In this document: positions 50,487 through 57,197 of the stretch, in pieces
Layout: each line of letters opens with the position of its first letter
Position numbering within the stretch: position 1 is the first letter of the stretch
Program-made: the position numbers and the translations under genes
Assembly: GCA_964613955.1 (NCBI GenBank)
Contig: CAZTJN010000002.1
Span: 73,526-130,722, forward strand
Direction: 5' to 3'
DNA length: 57,197 bases
Origin: an uncultured archaeon
GTDB lineage: Archaea > Aenigmatarchaeota > Aenigmatarchaeia > QMZP01 > QMZT01
Notes under the pieces: generated by a model
The model's input: the letters and a program-made list of their open reading frames with translations, nothing else
Databases searched by the model: none
Told to the model about the DNA's origin: nothing

Positions 50487-51440
50487 CTAAGCGGGCAGGA
50501 AACCAGAAAACATACCGGCTATCAGCATCCTTGCACCAAAGAAAACCAGCAAAGCAATTGTCATGAATATGGGTATGTATTTGATTCCGCCTTTCTCCTT
50601 GCCTGTATCTATCAGACCTATTATTATTCCAGAGAAGAACGTGGTTATTATTATCGAAATGACAGAAAATATCAGAAGGAAGTCGGGCGATATGGATACA
50701 CCAAACTTGAAGAAAGGTATGTTGCTGGAGAATGATTCTGGGAGCGTCCCAACCGATGAAAACGTGGTTAGCGTTGTTATGAGATAGAGGGAGAGTGCAT
50801 AAAGAATAGGGGCTCCCAGTATCCCTGCAAAAACTATGAATATCCCGTACATCACGATGTTCGCCTTCACCTCCTTGTTTATTGCCTGCCTCCTTCGTAT
50901 GTCGATAGCATTCTCTTCAAGAAGGGCAACCAGCTGGCCTCCTGATTTTGCGCCCTCTGCTATCAGATTTACCGCTTTTTCAAGAATCTCTGATCTTATG
51001 TATCTGGAGATTTGCTTCAGACCATCTGCAAGGGACCTGCCCGTCATTATCTCTTTCCCCGACCTCCTTATGGCTTCGGCCAGCGGTCCGAACTCGCTCC
51101 TTGCAGAAAGAAGCAAAGCCTTGCTGGGTATGAAGCCTGCCCGTATGTTCGCCGCGGTTAACTCTAGGGCATCGGGAAGGACCTTTTCCACGAAATTCTT
51201 CCTTCTGTCAACCGCCAGTATGAGCCATCCGTTGTAAAGAAGGAAGACAGTACAAAAAACCCCAGCGAAGACATATGGACCATAAATACCTCCTGCCAAA
51301 AATCCGAGCAGAACTGCAATTATAATACTGATAATCAGCGATTTGGTCACGTATTTCTGTGGGCTCGTTTTCATGCCTGACAATTCTATCATTTCCCTTA
51401 CCCAGTTCCTGTAGCGTGGTGGGGCCATTCTCCATAACAT
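50487..51440 (-). CDS. T2SSF-domain pilus platform protein (TadC/EpdK-like)
   Basis: 317 aa with a single T2SSF-like domain plus TM helices. It is paralogous to 11304..12197. Confidence 0.8.
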   Translation of the reverse strand: MLWRMAPPRYRNWVREMIELSGMKTSPQKYVTKSLIISIIIAVLLGFLAGGIYGPYVFAGVFCTVFLLYNGWLILAVDRRKNFVEKVLPDALELTAANIRAGFIPSKALLLSARSEFGPLAEAIRRSGKEIMTGRSLADGLKQISRYIRSEILEKAVNLIAEGAKSGGQLVALLEENAIDIRRRQAINKEVKANIVMYGIFIVFAGILGAPILYALSLYLITTLTTFSSVGTLPESFSSNIPFFKFGVSISPDFLLIFSVISIIITTFFSGIIIGLIDTGKEKGGIKYIPIFMTIALLVFFGARMLIAGMFSGFLPA

Positions 51441-51441
51441 A

Positions 51442-52380
51442 TTAATCTATACCTATCGGCCTCCTTGATTTTACCAGACCTATGAACATAAACTGGAACA
51501 TGACAAGAACCGCTATAATACCGATCAGTATCACTTCCAGGTTCAGCGTCAGGCCTGTGAAAGATGCGAGAACCAGAAGGAACGTTATGCCCAAAGTCGG
51601 AAATATGACGGCGAAAAGCATGTACATGAGTGCGAGAGGGTTCAGTTGTGAACCGTATTTTTTTATGGCGACCCTCTGTTCGACAGCGAGATTATCAACT
51701 ATCTCCTTCATTGTGATTCCTATGTCGGCCCCTGATTTAAGAGCATTAATTACCTGCCACATCACCCTCCTGAAAAAGAATGAAGGCGTCTCCCTTGTTA
51801 GTATTTCCAAGGCTTCTGCCTCCGATTTGCCCGTGTTAACCTCGTTGACCACCCTGCGTATTTCGTTGGAAAGCAGACCGTAATCGCTCTTCGCTATGGA
51901 CACGAATGTATTGTAAAGCGGAACACCGGCCCTTACCTGGACAAGAAGATGATGAAGCATTGGCGGAAGGTTCTTCTCTATATCCTTTACCTTTCTTGTG
52001 GATGTGAGTTTCGGGTAGAATGAAAGGAAGAGGAAGCTTGCAAAACCTATGCTGCCCCCCGACAGCAAAGATATTGACAATGCCTTGATAAGCCCTGCTT
52101 TCGCACTTATTGTTACCGCAAATATGAGCGAGAACACAAGAGCAAAATAGAATATCAAGGTAAAAATCGCTATTGCCATCCATCTTCTGGGGCTTATTTC
52201 AATGCCAGCCTGTTCTAAATCAAATTCAAGGGATGGAAAGAGTTTTGAAATATTTTCTCCCAAGCCCAAGAAATGCCCTGATATGCGCCTGACCTTCTCA
52301 TAAGGCAACGGCAGGAACGGGATTTTGTTTTTCACATAGAAATATTGTTTTAGATTGAATATAAGTTTTGGGTTAACCAA
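51442..52380 (-). CDS. T2SSF-domain pilus platform protein (TadB/EpdJ-like)
   Basis: 312 aa with a single T2SSF-like domain plus TM helices. It is paralogous to 12197..13075. Confidence 0.8.
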   Translation of the reverse strand: MVNPKLIFNLKQYFYVKNKIPFLPLPYEKVRRISGHFLGLGENISKLFPSLEFDLEQAGIEISPRRWMAIAIFTLIFYFALVFSLIFAVTISAKAGLIKALSISLLSGGSIGFASFLFLSFYPKLTSTRKVKDIEKNLPPMLHHLLVQVRAGVPLYNTFVSIAKSDYGLLSNEIRRVVNEVNTGKSEAEALEILTRETPSFFFRRVMWQVINALKSGADIGITMKEIVDNLAVEQRVAIKKYGSQLNPLALMYMLFAVIFPTLGITFLLVLASFTGLTLNLEVILIGIIAVLVMFQFMFIGLVKSRRPIGID

Positions 52381-53005
52381 GTTCTAGGTAAAGAATTCCC
52401 TTCTTGAAACTTTTCCTGAGTATGCCTGTCTGCGGGGGTTTAGTGAGAATCTTGAAGTATGCCTTGTCCCCTGCCATTGCTTTGACCTCTATTGAGTTTT
52501 CCAGGGACTTCACTTCTATGTCCCCTTCGTCTTTCACATCCGGGAGCTTCACTTCAACCACTATGTTGTCACCCAGCCTCCTTACGCATGTCTTGGGCTC
52601 TTCTGTTGTCTTCGCTTCACTCATGTGTGCACCCCCTTTCGCTTGTCCAACCTCCATGATTTTCGGTTTAATCCCCTTCAATCTGTCCCTGAAACCAAGC
52701 TTCCTCACTTCCTTTTCTATCTCCTCTCTGTTAACATTACCGAAAGTTTTTACCGAAACATTGGGTTTCTCACCGGAACTCTGAGTTATCTTGATAGAAA
52801 AACCTCTACCTCTGAGGGGTTTTCTAAAAAAGGGGGACAGGTCAAAAACTTCGAAATCTCTCTCAAACATCTTGCCCATCTCTTTCAATTCACGCTCCAT
52901 CCTTGAAAACATGTCAGAGAACATGTCGCCACTTATCCTCGCTCCGCAACGCGGACAAAACTCCCAATCTCCCCTGACATCTGCCCCGCACCTTCTGCAT
53001 TTCAT
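52373..53005 (-). CDS. Zinc-ribbon protein with a C-terminal Hsp20/alpha-crystallin-like domain
   Basis: From ATG 53005 it reads MKCRRCGADVRGDWEFCPRCGARI. The C-terminus (NIVVEVKLPDVKDEGDIEVKSLENSIEVKA..YFKILTKPP..KKGILYLEL) follows the alpha-crystallin-domain (ACD) pattern. Its 3' end overlaps the platform gene start by 8 nt. Confidence 0.65.
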   Translation of the reverse strand: MKCRRCGADVRGDWEFCPRCGARISGDMFSDMFSRMERELKEMGKMFERDFEVFDLSPFFRKPLRGRGFSIKITQSSGEKPNVSVKTFGNVNREEIEKEVRKLGFRDRLKGIKPKIMEVGQAKGGAHMSEAKTTEEPKTCVRRLGDNIVVEVKLPDVKDEGDIEVKSLENSIEVKAMAGDKAYFKILTKPPQTGILRKSFKKGILYLELG

Positions 53006-53036
53006 ATTATACACTTCAATTTTCGATATAAATAAA

Positions 53037-53534
53037 TTATTTAAGTATATCTGCTGTTGCAGCTCCGATGGACGCGAAAAACGAAACAAATATGAAAATG
53101 TTAAATGTCCATGCAGAGTCGTTAACATGGTTCATTATGCCAAAGAGCCACAGAATGAACCATGTAACACCGTAAGAAATGATAAAAAGAGAAACCAGTC
53201 TCCTGGGTATGTACGTTTTACCTGCTATGTACGTATCGAATTCCCCACCTATTGATTCTTTGGCAACCTTCTGGAACTTTGTATAATATATAATTATCGT
53301 AACGACAGCGATGGAGAGCAGAACGAAAGAAACGAGTCGTAAAGGGTCCAGTTCTTTTGCCAAAGTCCAGACCTCTTCAGTCACAGACAAGGGCGTCGCC
53401 AGGAGCACCGCCCCAAAAATCTGCTGTGCAGCATCGTCCACCCCGAACTTTTCCGGCTTTATTTTCTGGGCTATATAACTGATTTTTTTCCCATTCCTCA
53501 TGTTTTTTATTCTCTTCATTACCATTGTTTTCAC
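53037..53534 (-). CDS. Integral membrane protein of unknown function
   Basis: 165 aa with four hydrophobic helices after a basic N-terminus. I could not assign a family with confidence. Confidence 0.6.
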   Translation of the reverse strand: MKTMVMKRIKNMRNGKKISYIAQKIKPEKFGVDDAAQQIFGAVLLATPLSVTEEVWTLAKELDPLRLVSFVLLSIAVVTIIIYYTKFQKVAKESIGGEFDTYIAGKTYIPRRLVSLFIISYGVTWFILWLFGIMNHVNDSAWTFNIFIFVSFFASIGAATADILK

Positions 53535-53655
53535 CCGGCATATCGGGCGGTTCCAGACTTTCTAAATCCATTTCCTGACAACTCCAGATATTTATAGACA
53601 TATTCTCTATTTAAATGCTTTCCGGATGATTTCAAAAACCCTTTCAGAAAATCAA

Positions 53656-54855
53656 TCACGGCAAAAGGAGTTTCCTCGCAAGCGGAACAAGTCGCGGTTT
53701 TTTCATTAAAAGCAAACCCAGTTTTTTGAGTCCTGAGGCCCTGGCGAGATCGACAAGTTCATCTCCCTTCAGATAATCTGCCAGCCAGTTTAGCTCCTCG
53801 TCACTCAGGGTCTCCATGACCTTTCTGAGTTTGACTAACTTTTTAAGTTTCTTCCCCCTGCTTTCCCACCATTTTTCGTTGTATTCAGATAATTTCTTTT
53901 TGGAACAATCTCCGGATTTTATGGCCTTGGCGATGACTTCTCCTGCGATCCTGCCCGCGATATATGATTCCGCTATGCCCCCTCCGTGCACAGGATTTAC
54001 CTGGTGTGCTGCATCCCCGACTATCAAAAAGTTATCCAGTACCATGTTTTCCAGCAAACCGCCGACAGGAACTCCGCCTGCATTTACCTCTATAACAGAG
54101 CCTTTTCTCAACCCTTCCCTGCCTTTCACAAAATCTTTTAGATATTCAATTGCATGTTTTCCTGCTGAGGGACTTCTTATCCCCAATCCGACATTCGCAC
54201 TCTTCCTTCCCTTTGGGAATATCCATACATAGCCGCCAGGAGCAATGTTGTTTCCAAAATACATCTCTATTCTGTTGGGATCGATTTTGACATTGGTCAT
54301 TTCAAACTGCGCGCAGGAGGCAATATCCATCAAGGACAAGGTTGTATTTATGCCCATCATCCTCGCAATCCTTGACTCGATGCCATCGCAAGCGACAAGT
54401 ACTTTACATATTATTTCGAAGTCCTCACCCTCTGATTTCATCCTGACATTTAGTTTAGAACCATTCCTTTTGACCCCGGTTACCTCTGTTTTGGTAAGAA
54501 TTTTTGCGCCTTTCTCTGTCGCGAGTTTTGCCAAATACTTGTCAAAAATTTTCCTTTCAATAATCCATCCTTCGGGTCCGTTGAAGTCGATTGTAACTTT
54601 CTTTCCATTTGGTGCGTAGACGGCCGCTCCCCTGATGAGCTTGGAAACCCATCTTTTGTCGAGTTTTATGCCCATTCTTTCCACCGCCGATCTCGACAGT
54701 CCTTCTCCGCACCTCACAGGTGTTCCTATTTCCTGGCGTTTCTCAACTGCCAAGACTTTCAAACCCTTTTCTCCGCAATACCTGGCAACAGAGCTGCCGG
54801 CAGGACCTACTCCCACCACTATCACATCATATTCCTTTTCAAGATTCCTGAACAT
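53656..54855 (-). CDS. Geranylgeranyl reductase-family flavoprotein (archaeal lipid saturation)
   Basis: FAD-binding YDVIVVGVGPAGSSVARYCGEKGLKVLAVEK, RCGEG and GDAA motifs. The 399-aa length fits. Confidence 0.9.
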   Translation of the reverse strand: MFRNLEKEYDVIVVGVGPAGSSVARYCGEKGLKVLAVEKRQEIGTPVRCGEGLSRSAVERMGIKLDKRWVSKLIRGAAVYAPNGKKVTIDFNGPEGWIIERKIFDKYLAKLATEKGAKILTKTEVTGVKRNGSKLNVRMKSEGEDFEIICKVLVACDGIESRIARMMGINTTLSLMDIASCAQFEMTNVKIDPNRIEMYFGNNIAPGGYVWIFPKGRKSANVGLGIRSPSAGKHAIEYLKDFVKGREGLRKGSVIEVNAGGVPVGGLLENMVLDNFLIVGDAAHQVNPVHGGGIAESYIAGRIAGEVIAKAIKSGDCSKKKLSEYNEKWWESRGKKLKKLVKLRKVMETLSDEELNWLADYLKGDELVDLARASGLKKLGLLLMKKPRLVPLARKLLLP

Positions 54856-54929
54856 ATGCCCACCTAAGTTCGCCTATAAACCTTTTTAACAAATAATCTA
54901 TTTATAATATTTAACTTCAATGTGATGCT

Positions 54930-55391
54930 ATGTTTTTCAGAAAGAAGAAAGGGAACGAAAGAAAGAACCTCGCCCTTTTCGTGGACGGGCCCAACATCAT
55001 AAGAAAAGAATTCAACATAGATTTGGACGAGCTGAGAAGTATTGTGGAGAGGTATGGAAGGATCGTAACAGGGAAGGTATTCCTTAACCAGCACGCCTCG
55101 GACAAACTGATAGAGGCTATCGCAAACCAGGGTTTTGAGCCGCAGGTTGTCTTGGCGGGAGAAGTGGAATCGGACGTTGATGTCAGCGTTGCAGTGGGCA
55201 TGGTCCAGGCCTCCTTTAACGACAACATCGATGTAATAGCACTGGCTTCAAGGGATGCGGATTATTTGCCGGCGATACAGCTCGCAAAGGAGAAGGGAAA
55301 GAAGGTCCTTGTCATAGGAACAAAAGCAGGCTTCTCGAAGGCCCTTCAGCACGCAGCCGATTACGTCGAACTGCTTTCTAAAAGGACCTGA
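54930..55391 (+). CDS. NYN-domain (LabA-like) protein
   Basis: LALFVDGPNIIRK..., DVDVSVAV, ALASRDADYLPAI. Confidence 0.8.
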   Translation: MFFRKKKGNERKNLALFVDGPNIIRKEFNIDLDELRSIVERYGRIVTGKVFLNQHASDKLIEAIANQGFEPQVVLAGEVESDVDVSVAVGMVQASFNDNIDVIALASRDADYLPAIQLAKEKGKKVLVIGTKAGFSKALQHAADYVELLSKRT

Positions 55392-55630
55392 TTACCTCTG
55401 CGGTGTGAACAGATGAAACTTAAAAAATTTCATTTCAAATAATATATGCGTTTCAAATGCCTGAAAATCCATTTGTTATCCACTTCCCGGGACGTGCCGC
55501 CAGTTTTTCCTTTCTATGTCGCTAAATACGGGCATGGCGTGCCTGGGACCTATGGCAACGATATTCGAACGTACCTTAGAAGGAGCCAGACCGTATACAA
55601 ATACCCCAGAAGCGGAAAGGGAAAATAGAT

Positions 55631-56536
55631 TCAGACCCCTGTTGCAAACCTGCTCTTTATCCCGACCACAAAATACGCACCTATTAGTATGAGCGCGCTG
55701 CCGAAAAGTTGAAGTGCTGGGACGGGTTCGCCCAGCCAGAGCACACCAAGAATCAGGGAAATAACGGGAGCAAGCAAAAGCAGGGTGGCGGCTTTCGAGA
55801 CGTTTATGTACCGGATGCTCCAGTACCAGAAGAGGACATAACCGAAGAGGATAGCAACAGAAACAAATATGTTTCCCCATTGCTGCGCAGTAAGGGAGAG
55901 CAGAATATCGAACTTCCCGAGCAAAAGAACCACGCCGAATAGAATGAGCCCCCCGAAGAACATTCTTGCAAAGGAAACCATGAAATTCGTTTCTCCGTTT
56001 ATCATTGCTTTACGGGCAATCACGTTTTCCAGTGCCCAGAGGACAGTCGCCCCTATTACAAGGAGATCGCCCAGTTGCGGATTCATCCACAGCTCAGCGG
56101 GATTTATTTTGGCCGAAAAAAGTATGATTGTCCCCAGAAACATGACGACGAGGGCGAAAATCTGTTTTCTCGGTATTTTTTCCCTAACTATTATAAAGGC
56201 AAAAACGGCGACGTACAGAGGCAGGGTCTTGTGAAGGAAGGCAGCCCTCCCACCGGTTGTGAACTTCAGACCGGTGAAGAACAGGAGAAATGCAAATGAC
56301 CCGCCTATTATGGCGATGAGAGCCAGGTACTTCCAGTTAACTTTCAGTCTCCCCTTCTTGAAACCTCCGGTAACCAGCGAGAGAAGAAGAAATACCAAAC
56401 CTACTACTACTGCCCTCACGGCAGTGAAAACAGTGGGGTCGAGACTAACAACGAATATCTTGTTCACAGGTATGGCAACACCGCTCACTATTGCAGTCAA
56501 CAGGGCAAGTATTGTTCCATAGGTTTCCTTATTCAT
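55631..56536 (-). CDS. EamA/DMT-family transporter
   Basis: 301 aa with about ten TM helices in two EamA-like halves. Confidence 0.85.
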   Translation of the reverse strand: MNKETYGTILALLTAIVSGVAIPVNKIFVVSLDPTVFTAVRAVVVGLVFLLLSLVTGGFKKGRLKVNWKYLALIAIIGGSFAFLLFFTGLKFTTGGRAAFLHKTLPLYVAVFAFIIVREKIPRKQIFALVVMFLGTIILFSAKINPAELWMNPQLGDLLVIGATVLWALENVIARKAMINGETNFMVSFARMFFGGLILFGVVLLLGKFDILLSLTAQQWGNIFVSVAILFGYVLFWYWSIRYINVSKAATLLLLAPVISLILGVLWLGEPVPALQLFGSALILIGAYFVVGIKSRFATGV

Positions 56537-57068
56537 ACCTCTCCCTACTCAATATTTTATTCGCATAGCTGGCTTTTATTTTTTCTGATATGTAATCGTA
56601 ATGAACGCTTACCCAGTCGTTCTTTTGCAACCTTTCGATAAAATCCCCCCTGAACGTTTTCTCTCCCAATTTGGTTTTAACTATGATACCCTGGGAATCG
56701 ATTTTAATAACCCTGCCCGGGTAAACTAGGCATTCACTCACCTTGAGCTCAGGCCTGATCTGCTGCCTCCATTTTATCGCCTTCTCGTGCTCGAGAAGGA
56801 AGTATCTGCGAATGACTTCGGCATCTATTTCATTCTTTCCCATCCCTTTCGCTATGATAGAACACATGCTGGTGGCAACCCGGAACACATTTTCTACAGG
56901 TATCTCGATTTCCTTCCCTGTTTTTACTGAACTGCCAAGCCTTTCCAAAAGCTCTTTTTCCAGTTCCCCTCTGCTGACGAGGACCTTGCCGCAGGGAATG
57001 GCGTACCGTAAAAAGAGTTCCTTGTCCTTTATAGGCAATATTTTCATGAACTTGGAAACCATTATCAC
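56529..57068 (-). CDS. Hypothetical protein
   Basis: 179-aa ORF whose 3' end overlaps the EamA start by 8 nt. The track start is GTG 57068, and ATG 57062 is likely the true start. No family recognised. Confidence 0.6.
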   Translation of the reverse strand: MIMVSKFMKILPIKDKELFLRYAIPCGKVLVSRGELEKELLERLGSSVKTGKEIEIPVENVFRVATSMCSIIAKGMGKNEIDAEVIRRYFLLEHEKAIKWRQQIRPELKVSECLVYPGRVIKIDSQGIIVKTKLGEKTFRGDFIERLQKNDWVSVHYDYISEKIKASYANKILSRERYE

Positions 57069-57076
57069 AACCTCTC

Positions 57077-57156
57077 CATGTTAAAACCTCCTGCGGGTTT
57101 TAACGAATCCAGCCGCCATGTTAAAACCTCCAGCGGGTTTTGACGAATCCCGCCAC
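57077..57156. repeat. Two abutting ~40-bp direct repeats
   Basis: catgttaaaacctcctgcgggttttaacgaatccagccgc (57077-57116) and catgttaaaacctccagcgggttttgacgaatcccgccac (57117-57156) differ at 4 positions. Each contains the inverted repeat AAAACC..GGTTTT. Confidence 0.8.
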
Positions 57157-57197
57157 CTTTCTATTATGAAATTGTTAAACACCATTACTTTATCACC

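Noticed and set aside
55392-55630. 239-nt intergenic region checked for a tRNA or sRNA (contains GTTCGAAT on the minus strand)
   Set aside because: The flanking bases do not form a T-stem (GTACG against ATCGT), and no acceptor or anticodon arms could be drawn. The ORFs listed here (55446..55628 and 55476..55880) look spurious.
57077-57156. Possible CRISPR array
   Set aside because: Only two copies are visible, and they abut directly with no spacers. No cas genes are in the window.

Overview
This is a densely coded archaeal chromosomal segment. The archaeal origin is supported by r-proteins S17e/L21e/L15e, RpoF, Pus10, ABCE1, two-subunit PheRS, archaeal-type GlyRS/ArgRS, an ATP-dependent DNA ligase, Pth2, prefoldin alpha, class III signal peptides, GGTGA-type Shine-Dalgarno boxes and TTTAAATA-type TATA boxes. 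About 65 genes lie on both strands, and many are joined by ATGA/TGATG stop-start overlaps. I found no transposase, integrase or CRISPR array.

Two RNA genes are supported:
- A tRNA-Arg(CCU) at 1613-1813 that only forms a cloverleaf after two non-canonical inserts are removed.
- A roughly 350-nt SRP (7S) RNA at 13139-13490, whose Alu-domain sequence closely resembles the Thermococcales type as I remember it.

The non-housekeeping content, in window order:
- Secreted, sequon-rich surface proteins: a lamin-tail-domain protein, and a 1258-aa pilin-like vWA adhesin paired with a thioredoxin-like partner.
- Three dispersed type-IV-pilus-related loci. One is an orphan platform-protein pair. One has an ATPase, a wHTH-TM protein and a large pilin-like protein. 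One has a pilin, a platform-protein pair and a zinc-ribbon/Hsp20-like protein.
- An ESCRT-III-like / Vps4-like / TPR-beta-sandwich triad.
- An eight-gene Mbh/Mrp-type module colinear with mbhD-K that stops before the catalytic subunits.
- A five-gene divergent cluster at 23812-28592. It contains a small 2-TM protein, a 547-aa unknown, a TIM-barrel protein with a large insert, and two tandem paralogs of an unrecognised family.

I could not place the five-gene cluster in any system I know, so it is my best candidate for something undescribed. All functional calls come from reading the translated ORFs by eye. No searches were run.
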